This document shows, one piece after another, positions 14,313 to 27,308 of a stretch of 64,000 bases of DNA. The number at the start of each line of letters is the position of its first letter. Positions within the stretch are counted from its first letter, which is position 1. Location of the stretch: positions 95,356,001-95,420,000 of the forward strand of contig OZ024741.1 of assembly GCA_964016885.1 (NCBI GenBank), in the 5' to 3' direction. Below the pieces are notes generated by a model, which ran no database searches, was not told the DNA's origin, and saw only the letters and a program-made list of their open reading frames with translations. Made by a program: the position numbers and the translations under genes. Source of the stretch: Eledone cirrhosa. Taxonomy: Eukaryota.

Positions 14313-14414
14313 ATGTATATATATATTTATATATGTATATTTATATATATATATATTTATATATGTGTATTTACATATATATATATATTTGTATATTTAT
14401 ATTTATATATATCT

Positions 14415-14580
14415 ATCTATCTATCTAAGGCGGGTAAAATTCCCGAGATCCATGGACGAGTTCTCTCCAGCGGTCTCTGTCCCTCATTATCGCTGCCATG
14501 TCCTGCGTCTCCAACAGACCAGTGTCTGTCCTTAGGGCATCAACATATGTTAACCTTGGTCTTCCTCTTCCAGTGTGTCC
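14415..14580 (-). mobile_element. 3' end of RTE-clade LINE family B with (TAGA)n tail
   Basis: Encodes [26 protein letters not shown]; near-identical to 16243-16452. Confidence 0.8.
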
Positions 14581-14593
14581 ATATATATATATA

Positions 14594-14930
14594 TGGCTTA
14601 GTGGTTAGAGCATTGGCCTTGCAATCGAAAGGTTGTGAGTTCAATTCTCAGACCGGGTGATGTGTTGTCTCCTTGAGCAAGACACTTTATTTCACATTGC
14701 TCCAGTTTACTCAGCTGTAGAAATGATAGGGACTGGGGTGCCTATCATTCCACTACAAAGTGGTCGTGTAGGTGCCACGGCAAAAAAGCACCCAGCACTC
14801 ACTGCAAAGGAGGTTGGTGTTAGGAAGGGCATTCAGCTGTAGAAATCAAGCCAGAATCAGTTCCCGTCCCACCCTTGCAAGCAGGGAAAAAGCGGACATA
14901 AAATGAAATGATGAAGATGATGATGATGAT
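14594..14930 (+). mobile_element. tRNA SINE family A
   Basis: Matches 2159-2488; A/B boxes and (ATG)n tail. Confidence 0.9.
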
Positions 14931-14956
14931 ATATATATATATTTATAAATATATAA

Positions 14957-15017
<61 letters not shown>

Positions 15018-15033
15018 AATATATATATATACA

Positions 15034-15565
15034 TATCATCATCATCATCATCATCATCACCGTTTTACGTCCGTTCTTCCACGCTAGCATGGGTTAGACG
15101 GGTTGTCCTGTTGTGGGCAGTGTCTGGTCGGCTGACCATGCCTTGCTCATACAGGAACTGATCTGGCTTGATTTCTACAGCTGGATGCCCTTCCTAACAC
15201 CAACCTCATTTACAGTGAGTGCTGGGTGCTTTTTCGTGGCGCCTACACGTCCACTTTACAGTGTGGGCTGGGTGCTTTTTTTGCCGTGGCACCTCCACGA
15301 CCACCTTGCGGTGGGGGCATATTGTTTATATGCTTCAGCATGTACCCATGGGAGGTCGGGTACCCTGTATTACTGCGTGACGCCAGAAGTCACGGTCGTG
15401 TGTCATTGACTTTGAGAGGTGTAGTTGGGTAAGGTCGGCTTTTATCACCTCATCCCAAGTCATCTTGGGTCTCCCCACTCCGCGGTTTCCATCAACTTCT
15501 AGTGCTCTGCACCTTTTTATGCAGCTGTCATCCTTCATACGCATCACATGTCCATACCAGCGTAA
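15034..15565 (-). mobile_element. 3' fragment of RTE family A-related LINE
   Basis: LRWYGHVMRMKDDSCIKRC..GRPKMTWDEVI; 3' UTR and (ATG)n tail. Confidence 0.88.
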
Positions 15566-16068
15566 CATCCTCAGCATTCTCGTGTAGCACCCATCCACCA
15601 TCTGAGTGAGTCTCTTGGTCAGTGTCCAAGTCTCAGACCCATACAGCAGCACAGACTCCACTACAGCAATGAAGAGGCGGATTTTCAGGTCTCTACGAAG
15701 GTCCGACTTCCACACCGATCTCAAGCTGTGACACGCCACCCAGGCCTTGCTCTTCCTCTCAACCACATCATCTTCCGTATTCCCAATCTTTGCTTCCAAA
15801 TACAGGAAGTCCTCAACCAATTCCAGCGGCTTCCCGCCTACATTAGTGATCCCCTCTGGCTTCTCAACATTCTCTACCAGATATTTTGTTTTAGTCTCAT
15901 TCATTCTCAGCCCCACACTCATCGACACAGTCTCAACCTCCCGCATCAAATCCTCTGCCTCCTTCACTGTATTTGTCACCAAAACTATGTCGTCGGCAAA
16001 TTCAGCATCTGATATCTTTTGCGCCTTAACTCTCCTGCTCTGAGCTGGTGCTACAGTAAATAGCCGGT
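15566..16068 (-). mobile_element. Internal fragment of RTE family B LINE (RT C-terminal half)
   Basis: FADDIV..GLRMNETKTKY..VEDFLYL..ESVLLYGSETWTLT..DGCYTRMLRM. Confidence 0.88.
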
Positions 16069-16105
16069 GCTACATATATATATTTGTATATACATATATG
16101 TATAT

Positions 16106-16156
<51 letters not shown>

Positions 16157-16202
16157 TGTATATATATATATATATACATATATGTATATATATATATATA
16201 TT

Positions 16203-16233
<31 letters not shown>

Positions 16234-16242
16234 GTATATATC

Positions 16243-16452
16243 TATCTATCTAAGGCGGGTAAAATTCCCGAGATCCATGGACGAGTTCTCTCCAGCGGTC
16301 TCTGTCCCTCATTATCGCTGCCATATCCTGCATCTCCAACAGACCAGTGTCTGTCCTTAGGGCATCAACATATGTTAACCTTGGTCTTCCTCTTCTAGTG
16401 TGTCCATGTAGGGGCTCCCAAAGGAGCACTGAGTGCAATGTCAACTCCGGAT
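16243..16452 (-). mobile_element. 3' end of RTE family B
   Basis: [30 protein letters not shown]; (TAGA)n tail. Confidence 0.85.
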
Positions 16453-16467
16453 GTATATATATATATT

Positions 16468-16511
<44 letters not shown>

Positions 16512-16514
<3 letters not shown>

Positions 16515-17708
16515 GAAATGGTCGTGCTCGGTGTGTAGGAAAGGCGTAGGTAGAAACTCCATTTTATGTCCTAAATGCAAAGTATGGGTGCATAAAAGAT
16601 GTAGTGGGATCACAGGTAAGCTAACTAAGAACATAGATTTTACATGTGGCCGGTGCTCTGGTGCAATAAGTAGCAGCAAGTGCCTACAAACTACTAGCTC
16701 TTTCAATTGCGCAGAGGGTTCTATAGAAATAGTGGACAGCTTCCGTTACCTGGGCGATAAAATCAGCAGTGGGGGAGGGTGCTCTGAAAGTACTGTAGCT
16801 AGAGTCAGAACTGGTTGGAAAAAGTTCAGAGAGCTTATACCACTATTAGCTGCTAAAGGGTTCTCACTAAAAATGAAAGGCAGGTTGTACGATGCCTGCA
16901 TACGAACAGCAATGCTGCATGGCAGTGAGACCTGGGCATTGTGTGCAGAGGATATACGCAGACTAGAGAGGAACGAAGCTTGCATGCTCCGCTGGATGTG
17001 TAACAGTAATATACGTGAACGGCAAAGCATAAACGAACTAAGGAAAAAATTAGAGATAAGAGGGATCAGATGTTGTTTACTCGAGAGAAGGCTACGTTGG
17101 TATGGACACGTGATGCGCATGAAAGTCGATAGCTGTATAACAAAGTGCAGGGCAATAAAGATAGACGGTAGTCACGGAATAGGCAGACCTAGAAAAACCT
17201 GGGACGAGCTGATAAACTCCGACATCACACACTTACACCTCTCCAAGACAATGTCACTGGACCGAGACCTTTGGCGGTACTCAGTAACAGAGAAGACCCG
17301 CCTTACCTAAATATATAGTAAAACCTACTCCAGCCAGTAGGCATCTCTAACAAAATACACCCCGTCCCACCACCCCCACCCCCACCCGATCCACACCACC
17401 CCGTTCTATGTAAAGTTATGTTGGTGCCGCGCCATCGAGGCCGAAACAAATGAGATCGTGTAGGTGTCACGACAAAAAAACACACAGTCCACGCTGTAAT
17501 GTGGCCGTGTAGGCAACACGGTAAAAACCTCCCAGACCCACACTGTAAATGTGGTTGGTGTTAGGAAGGGCATCCAACTGTAGAAAACCTGCCAGACAGT
17601 CCTATGCGAGCAAGACAATCACTCTTGCCTCAAGTGGGACTACCCCCGTCCAAACCCATGCAAGCGTGGAACACGGACGTTAAACGTTGATGATGATGAT
17701 GATGATGA
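16512..17708 (+). mobile_element. 5'-truncated RTE family A copy, inverted relative to 11319-13222
   Basis: ORF GKWSCSVCRKGVGRNSILC...YSVTEKTRLT nearly identical to the first copy; same 3' UTR and (ATG)n tail. Confidence 0.95.
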
Positions 17709-17744
17709 TATATATTTATATATGTATACATATTTATATATATA

Positions 17745-18279
17745 TTGTTATACTTTGGGAGGGTCATGTTGCCAATAAGAAACACACGCACCAGTTGCTT
17801 TCACTCCAATTTATTATAAATTAAATTTATAAATTTAAGGATTTATAAATTTCCGGTTGGTTGGTTGGTTGGCTCCACAACCGGATGGTTGTTCATATAG
17901 TGTCAAAGTTCTTTCGTCACACATTCTGTGACATCCGGGTATCTGTGTTTGTTGATATTTGTTTATTTATTTGTTTACTTACATGTTACTGAAAATAGAA
18001 AATAGAAAAAATAGAAAACATGAATGGAATAGCAACATCACAACTTACAATTAAGGACAAAATGAAAACACACACACACATAGAACTAACAACCAACCAG
18101 TAACATGTAAATAAACAAATACATAAACAAATATAAACACACACAGACACCCGGATGTAACACATGCACAAACTAAGCATGCAACACACACAAAAACAAG
18201 ATGGCGTGGGACAGAACAAAGGAGAGGCACAAAAACAAAGAAATGAATCCCCAGTCACTGAAGAGGTCACATAAATGTG
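17745..18279. mobile_element. Inverted pair of Penelope-like pLTR fragments with split hammerhead halves
   Basis: 17925-17986 and 18100-18165 are inverted relatives; left end resembles 31370-31400; GTCACA..TGTGAC GAAAGAACTTTGAC on minus (17902-17932) and GTCA CTGAAGA G GTCACA TAAA TGTG on plus (18254-18279). Confidence 0.62.
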
Positions 18280-18736
<457 letters not shown>

Positions 18737-18737
18737 C

Positions 18738-18811
<74 letters not shown>

Positions 18812-19261
18812 GTGTGTGTGTGTATATGAGCGAGACAACCAATCTTGCCTCAAGTGGGATAATTCCCATCTAAACCCATGCTAGCGTGGAAGATAGACAT
18901 TAACCGATGATGATGAAGATGATGTGTGTGTGCGTATATAAATCATGCAGGTGTCACGACAAAAAGCACCCGGCCCACACTGTAAAGTGGTTGGGTAAAA
19001 TACACGGTCATCCAACCCAACTTGCTTCTAAATGGGACAAACCCATCTAACCCATGCTAACGTGGAAGATGGACGTTAAATGATGGTGATATATATATAT
19101 GTATATATAATAATCATCATCATCATCGTTTTAACATCCACTTTCCCTGCTAGCAAGGGATGGACGGGTCCATATAAGCCAAGTCAGTACTGAAGCAGAG
19201 CCACCAATCTCCCAGGCAGGCCAGGGACATGTATGTGTGTGTATATGTATATATGTATCGA

Positions 19262-19515
19262 CTATCCAGATGGAACTTGAACCGTTAAGGTCTCATTCCT
19301 GTGTATGTCACTATTTATAAAACAAACTTTGTATTTTATCTGATGAGAGCGTACCAAAGTTTTGGTACCCTTGAAATATATATAATAGAATAAATATGGT
19401 TTTATAAATATAGTTTCCATTGATTAATATCATTGTATATTATACTCCAGAAAACCTGCCGAGTGCTTCGAATCTGTCATAAATATATTTGTTGAATTAC
19501 CAACAAATTAAATAT
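19262..19515 (+). mobile_element. Short non-coding hammerhead-bearing repeat (Penelope pLTR/retrozyme-like)
   Basis: Homologous to 28556-28775 (minus) and 28866-28995 (plus); no ORF. Confidence 0.7.
19312..19410 (+). ncRNA. Type I hammerhead ribozyme (canonical core)
   Basis: TATTTATAAAAC-aaactttg-TATTTTAT CTGATGA GAGCGTACCAA-agtt-TTGGTACCCTT GAAA T-ATAT-A-TA ATAGAATA-aatatg-GTTTTATAAATA; predicted cleavage after 19384. Confidence 0.85.
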
Positions 19516-19886
19516 ATATAAATATATATATATAGGTATGTTGATGATGATGATAATACACACACAAACACACACACACATAGATATGCACATACATGCA
19601 CATAATTTTTTATGTGTATATGTGTAGGAGTATTGACCACCAGGTTAAAAAGTTGTCTGCCATTAACTGCAACAACGGTGTATGCTTTATTAAGTTGCTG
19701 CAGTTAGTTCAGCTTTTCTTGTGGGATTGGTTCCATGGGAAGAGTACTAATACCATAATTCCACTTTCAATTGTTTGACCACCACTGTAGAATGGACTGC
19801 TACAGCAGTGAATCACTGACTGAATGAGTGTTAGCTGTTGTATGAAATATAGAGTGTAACTTGATTTCATTATGTAGACAACAAAT

Positions 19887-20077
19887 CGGGGGGTGGATTG
19901 GCAGTATCGGTAGAGGGTCGGACGCCATGCTTTCCAGCATAGTTACGTCCCTTTACGATCTGAGTTCAAATCCCGCCGAGGTTGACTTTGCCTTTCATCC
20001 TTACGGGGTCGATAAAATAAAGTACCAGTAATGAACTGGGTATTTGCTGGCCTTGTGCCTAAAGTAGAAACAATTAT
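19887..20077 (+). mobile_element. tRNA-derived SINE family B (Nin/Deu-like body, octopus-type)
   Basis: TGGCAGTATCGG..GAGTTCAAATCCCGCCGAGGTTGACTTTGCCTTTCATCCTTACGGGGTCGATAAAAT..GGCCTTGTGCC; more than 12 copies or fragments in the window. Confidence 0.88.
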
Positions 20078-20177
20078 GTAGACAACAAATCCTGGGATTT
20101 ATAAGGGAGAAAGGGGATTGGTGATGTACAGCTTCACACACATTTTCACACACACACATACACACGTCTGTATATGT

Positions 20178-20227
<50 letters not shown>

Positions 20228-20285
20228 CTGGATTACCTATAACGATAATTTGTTATCCCATATACATATATATATATATGGAGGC

Positions 20286-20335
<50 letters not shown>

Positions 20336-20337
<2 letters not shown>

Positions 20338-20703
20338 AGGCATATGGCTTAGTGGTTAGAACATTGGGCTTGCAATCGAAAGGTTGTGAGTTCAATTCTC
20401 AGTGTTGTTTCCTTGAGAAAGGCACTTTATTTCACATTGCTCCTGTTTACCCAGCTGTAGAAATGGGGTCCCTATCATTCCACTGCAAAGTGGTCGTGGA
20501 GGTACCATGGCAAAAAAGCACTCAGCCTACACTGTAAAGTGGACGTGTAGGTGACACGGAAAAAAAAGCACCCAGCACTCATTGTAAATGAGGTTGGTGT
20601 TTGGAAAGGCATCCAGCTGAGAAATCAAGCCAGAATCAGTTCCCGTCCCACCCTTGCAAGCAGGGAAAAGCGGACATAAAATGATGATGATGATGATGAT
20701 GAT
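20336..20703 (+). mobile_element. tRNA SINE family A
   Basis: Matches 2159-2488, with one extra internal repeat unit. Confidence 0.9.
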
Positions 20704-20802
20704 ATAACAAATTTAATATAGAAATGGCTTTTACAAATTTGTTGTATACACTCTACAAATATGTGGTTACCCCCGATTGAACCCGGGACTCACATATATG
20801 TG

Positions 20803-20875
<73 letters not shown>

Positions 20876-21070
20876 GTGTTACAAGCTCACTCCCATCTTA
20901 ACTCTTTAGTTACAAACCTGGTCAAAACCAGCTCTGGTTCTATGAGATAACCCACACACATATATATAAATTTTCCAACATAATTTTATATAAGAACCTT
21001 ACAGTAAGTTACTATCTTCATAATGAAATAATTAATAATTCTTGTAAATCCCTCAAAATTGTATCCTTAA

Positions 21071-21278
21071 CCCTTTAGTATTTACATTACTCTATATATA
21101 CTATTGTATTTTCATGGTAAATACTTTACCTCACATAATATCGAATCTATGAGATTTCGCTATTACTTATTTTGAGAACAATACCTTAATATCAGTATGA
21201 GTGAATAGTTACAGCTGGTTTAAACAGAAAGAGGTGAGAGAATTCAAACCGGATATGGCTGTCTTAAATGCTAAAGGG
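21071..21278. mobile_element. piggyBac-type MITE family 1
   Basis: TTAA TSDs and CCCTTTAG.ATTTA TIRs; reverse orientation relative to 5264. Confidence 0.87.
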
Positions 21279-21954
21279 TTAATGTAATTTCCAATCATAC
21301 GACAATGACAAGGCTGGCTCTTTTGAAATACATGTGTAGTCTTTCTTATACATGGATATTCACATTTTACATCAACCCCACAATGTCATTCACGAGGCCT
21401 GAATCTCTCTCTCTCACAGAGGAACACACGGCACTCAAAACTCCCTGTGCCTTTTCTTCTTCCTGCTCTCTTGCTTAAGAAGGAAGGTTTTCCTTTATAT
21501 TTTTCTATGAATTCTACTTATTCTTTGTGTAATTATTATGTTTTTTCAGTTAAAAGTAAAACATTACTTTTCCTTTAAATCCCTTTTAATTTTGCATCCG
21601 AGTTGATATGTGTTATATAAGGACTAGTGTCTGAAACGTTAAGACCCTCTTCCTGCTATTTCAAGTGTTAACCTAATATATCCCTTTCATATACTGTACC
21701 GATTGTGTTGTTATTTCTGTTTACCTTTTACACACACACATATATATATATAGATGCCGTCGGGGTTCAACATTTTCCTATTACCCACTCTACTACCCTA
21801 AGTATTGAGTACTCTGGTGCGTTATGGTCCATCTGGTTCCTTACCACACCACCTCCGTTTCATATATATATATACTGACCCCGGTTTGGGGTAACCACAG
21901 TAAATAAGATACTGATTAAACAATTCTAGTCCTGTAGAAGTCTTTTATATATAA

Positions 21955-22031
<77 letters not shown>

Positions 22032-22130
22032 ATATAAATTTAATCTGAGTTTTTCGAATATTAATAATAACATTCGATTCGTTTGCAATTATGCAAACAA
22101 GCCTCATTTTATATATATATATATTTATAT

Positions 22131-22194
<64 letters not shown>

Positions 22195-22275
22195 GAAACA
22201 CTGCAGGTTGAATAAGTTGAGTTCGCTCAATGAAACGCATGGTCTCCATATAATGTTGGTGTATGGAATTTAATG

Positions 22276-22325
<50 letters not shown>

Positions 22326-22972
22326 AATATATATATATATGTGTGTGTGTGTTAGAACAAATTCTGACTTTTATTTGTTCATTCTCATTCTTACTGTTCA
22401 CTCATTTACATGGCCTCTTAGAAGTTTTTTGTTTGCATTCTCTGTTTTCTTATGTTACCTACTTACCAAGCCAACCAATCTACCAAACCAACCCTATCCT
22501 ACTTATCTATGTACTTACCCTATCTCTCTCTCTCTTATGCATGTATATCTATCTATCAATCTGCCTATCAATTTAAATCTATCTATCCACCTGACTGTCT
22601 CTCTACATATCTATCTCTCTAATAAAGAAATCTATCTCTCTAATAAAGAAATCTATATATCTATCTCTCTGTCTACCTATGTATCTATTTCTATGTACCA
22701 TCCCACCCTTCTATCTACTTACCTGCCTACCTATGTATTCTATATCTACCTGAGATTTAAGAAATAGTTAAATAAAATATACTCTTTTTTATCTTCTTTT
22801 GTCTGTAAAAGACAGAGAGAGGGGGGAGAGGGGGAGAGAGAGAGTGAAACTCCATACCAATACTGGCCAGCAACAGATAAAGTGACCTAAATAGAACAAT
22901 GTTTAGAATCACAAGGCAGTGACAGAAACATACACACACACACACACACACTGTGTATGTGTATACATATAT

Positions 22973-23020
<48 letters not shown>

Positions 23021-24001
23021 TGTAGTATCAAAATAATTGTAAACTTACATGCAAAACAAAATTTCATTGCTTTTCTATTCCTTACCACCTTCACCTTCCA
23101 CCCTCCTTTCTGTCTGTAACACCTTTCTCTCTCTCCCTCCCTCCTTCTTTATCAAGATTCATCCAGGTGAAACTTGTTGCTACCCTGTTTTCAATGGAGA
23201 ATTTCTCAAAAAAATAAATAAATAATAATAATAATAAAAAGAAAGAAAAATATCTAAATAAATAAATATACAAATAAAAAAAAATAAAAAAAGCCTCCTC
23301 ATTCAGCCTGCTGCCAGTCAAACAATGAAGTCTGTTCCACAGATTCCCTCTTCTCTTACTCTTGTTATTCCACTTTTTCTTTCTTTTCTTTTTTCTCTAT
23401 CACCTCCACTATTGTTAATACTATATTTCTTTATTAATATATGCATGTATGTGAATACATGTGTGTATGTATATATACATATATATATATATACACATAT
23501 ACATATTATATATATATGTGTATGTGTTTATGCATGTACATATTCTTCTCTTTTTTTTAATTCTTATAATGGTTTCAGTCATTAGACTGCAGATATGTTG
23601 CGGCACCACTTTAAAGGGATTTAGTCAATCATATCAACCCCAGTATTTTTTTTTTTTATCATGTCTGGAATGAACTACTAATTTTTAGGACACATAAACA
23701 TGGTTAAACACACACACACACACACACATATAGAGAGAGTTGGGGGAGAGATAGATAGATATATTCTTTAAAAAATGTAGTAAGCCCACATGCAGAAAAT
23801 AATTATAACAATAGCCGATTGCTATAAATAAAAACTTAGAAAATCAGGTAAAATGCTCCTATGAATGTAAAAAAGTGGTCAGCAGCTGCTACTGAGAATC
23901 GAACTCCGTCTCAAATTTTGACAAATCGCTCTAACATTTGATCTAAAGCAACAGATTCCAACTGAGTTACATTGCTATACTGAACAGCTATGAATGTAAA
24001 C

Positions 24002-24206
24002 AACTTTCTATACAAACTATTGAGGGGTGGGTAATTTAAAATAGAAAATTTAGTAAACCTAAATGCAAAAAAAATACCTGTAACATTTTCTAAGCTATTA
24101 GCTATAGCAATTGACTGTAGTTACAGGTATTTTCTGCATTTGGGATGCCTACGGTTTCTAAAGAATTTCAAATTACTCAGCGCTTCAATAGTTTGTATAG
24201 AATGTT
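24002..24206. repeat. Long imperfect inverted repeat (foldback element)
   Basis: TTCTATACAAACTATTGA..AATGCA..AATACCTGTAAC pairs with GTTACAGGTATT..TGCATT..TCAATAGTTTGTATAGAA. Confidence 0.75.
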
Positions 24207-26564
24207 ATATCATCATCATCATCATTTAACGTACATTTTCCACACTATCATGTGTAGGACGGGCAGTCCCTTAGTGAGAGATCAGGTGAGAGGACCTTGA
24301 TTCGCATACACGGAACTGTACTGTAAAATATATATTATGTGTGTGTGTTGAGGTATATATTATTTGGTAGACAGTTTCTGTCTACCAAATTTCACTCACG
24401 GGCTATTGGTCATCATAAAGCTTATAAGAGAAGTCACTTGTCCAAGGTGCCATGGATTGGGAGTGAACCTGAAGGCACATAGTTGCATAGCAATATTAAC
24501 CACACAACCGTGTCTACACCTATACCTCTACACACTCACATTCACACACATATTTATATATATTTTACAATAGCAGATAATTGTGGGATAGTCATTTTAA
24601 AATGGTAATATATATTTCAGGATAATATTACTTTTTTTTTTCTAGTGAAGTGGAAAAAAGAACAACAAAAATCAAAACAAAAAAGAAAAACAAATGCACA
24701 CAGACACATGCACACACACACACTATCTCTCACTTTTTTACAATTCCTCTTCCTCCTTCTTTTTATGTCTTGTATGTTATTTATTTATCTATCTACTTAT
24801 TTATTGCTTTCATGCTGTTGCAAATTTATGCTAAAAGTTCTCTGTTTTATTTATATGACTTGAAATTCAGGTTGATTTCCAAAATATGTTCACAAAAATA
24901 TTTTTTTCTTCTTTCTTTTCAATTATTAACCAATGTAAATTCTTTCTTTCATTCTTTTTTCTTTCTTACATTAAAAAAAACAAAAATCTCTCTCTTATAC
25001 GTTCCCAGTCTTTGGTTTTGATTTTCTTCAATTTTATTCTATCAGAAAAAATCCAACACAATAATTAGTTAAAATGTATAATCTATATATAAATTTCTGC
25101 GATTCTATCACAACACGTAAATTCCCCACATGAATATATGTGTAATTTTGTAAGTGTGTCTGTATTTGCACTTCTATATTTATATACTCATACATATAAA
25201 TGTATGCATATGCACATACACACACATATGCGTCAGCATCATCATCATCATCTTTGTTTAACGTCCATCTTCCATGCTAGCATGGGTTAGACTATAGAAA
25301 ACAATTCTAGTTGACTAAAAATTATTTCAAGGTTGTGCCAAAGCCTCACTGAAACCTGTAAAAGATTAAAGGAATATGAAATAAAATAACAATAAAAAGA
25401 TATATTTATATATCCTTTTGCTTCTTGGTGTTGTTTAACTTATCTGCATTCAAGATGTGATCATCCCTTTCTTTTGCTTTCCAATATTTTGTGTTTAGAA
25501 TTACATTATTCAATGTATCTTTTCTTTTTTAGACAGTATGAAGAGATCTGGAAGTAATTAGGTTGCTTTTTCTAGCAGGTCAAATGACCATGTAGATGCT
25601 TTCTCATTGAACTTGAATTCTTTCTTGTCAAAGGTCTAGACGGGTGACTGGCTGACCAGCTGACATATGTTTCTAGTTTATTAGCCTGCTGGAAAAGTTA
25701 CTTCCATCATAGTTGTTTGTAAGAACCTTTGTTAAGTGAATGTATAATGAAACAGCTCTATCTCTGTCTCTATGATAAGACAGTAAGCATGCACATACAC
25801 GTACACCAGGTCCAAACACAGAGGAGCCGAACTCCCACTATCATTGCCCCCCCCCCCCCCCCCCCCACATCTCTCACTATTATGAGCACATGGGGTCCCA
25901 TGTGCTGGCCGCCTCATAGCCCAGCGGACAGAATGGAGAAGGCATTTCCCCGGAGGCTCACACCTGTGGCTCGCCAACTCAGCACCTATGGTGGTAAGTA
26001 GAGAGGTAGCCCTAGGGCCATGAAGTATCCACTGCTAGGGGCTTGACTGCAAACCTGTTGGAGAGTGACCGATACTTGGAGAGTTTATCCTCCTCAGCCT
26101 GAAGTGCAGCAGAACCTGGGTTTATGATAAGACCAGTGTCCTATCCAGGTGGGAGATATGTTTCTCAACTACTTAACCTTACAGAAGCTGAAGACAAACA
26201 CTGGCACTGTTGATTTTTCTGGCTCTCATGGAAATTTTAAACTAAACTTTCATGCTGAACTCATTTGCCTTCCTCACTGCACACCCATTTTTTATCGCTT
26301 AGCAAAATATAAGGCTTTTTGTAGGCAGTGAGAAACTGGTGGAGGAAATTGATGGGAAAAACCACAATTCATTGGTTATCCTCATATGTTTAGAAAGCTT
26401 ATCTAGATACTTGCAATAAAGTAAACTCCTATGTGCATGCATGGTCCCATAACTCCCGACGGAGGATGGAACCCATCACTCTCTAGGTCTGAATACAACG
26501 GATTTCTTCCAGAATGAGAGAATGGAAGTGAGAAAGAGATATAGAAGAAGAATCAAACCTAGTA

Positions 26565-26702
26565 CTAGACTGGTACTTTATTTTATCGACCTCGAATGGA
26601 TGAAAGGTAAAGTTGACCTTGGTGGGATTTGAACTCAGAGTGCAGGTAGTTGAAACAAAAGCCTTCTACTGGATGTTCTTATGACTCTGCCAATTCGCTG
26701 CC
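26565..26702 (-). mobile_element. SINE family B
   Basis: CTGGTACTTTATTTTATCGACC..GATGAAAGGTAAAGTTGACC..GGATTTGAACTC. Confidence 0.8.
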
Positions 26703-27308
26703 TAACTCCTATGTGATTAGGGACAAATCAAAGAAGGTTATTTATTTATATATCTAAGTATTGCATTCTGGTCTATGCAAGCATAGAAAAGCAGAACTAA
26801 AATGATGGTCACAGGGATGATGGAAGTGGTGGCAGCAATGATGTGAGTGATGGTGATGGTGGGGTGGAGTAGTAATGATGATGTTGATGGTGATCTGCTG
26901 TGGAACAACTGTAAAGATTTACAACCTACTTAAGTGGCTCCCAATTTTGTTCTGCTACCAAACACCTAATTTATTTAACCCTTTTATTACCATTTTCCTA
27001 ACAGAATACATTGCCTATGTGTTTCAATTGATTTTGAAAATAACCAAAAAATTTGAAGGAATTTAACAAAAGGCAATTTAACAAAAATCAACTTAATTAT
27101 GAAAAACACTCAGACTCTTATAAGAAAAAATACATGGAAATGTTACTATGAAATGGTGGGGTGGGGGGTACCTCTACTGGAGCCAACAGAGGGACCATTG
27201 AAGTTTATAGTTGTACATTTGAAAGCATGATTGAGGATATGAAGGTAGGGAAGGGAGTGGAACTATCAGGTATAGCCACTGAAATGTTTAAAACATCTGT
27301 TAAATTAA

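Noticed and set aside
21470-21650. CTTAAGA..GGAC-TAGT-GTCT-GAAACGTTAAGA hammerhead-like remnant
   Set aside because: Core halves are far apart and degenerate; the fold cannot be supported.
20762-21899. TGTGGTTACCCC / GGGGTAACCACA inverted ends suggesting a 1.1-kb element or solo LTR
   Set aside because: No target-site duplication, and the interior is a mix of unrelated repeats.
22215-22250. TTGAG-TTCG-CTCAA-T-GAAACGCA hairpin
   Set aside because: No upstream CUGANGA or stem I.
25870-26160. GC-richer island with hairpin (AGCACATGGG/CCCATGTGCT); considered as an HDV-like ribozyme or exon
   Set aside because: Could not assemble a nested double pseudoknot or splice-bounded ORF; probably a LINE UTR fragment. 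The same applies to 63460-63680.
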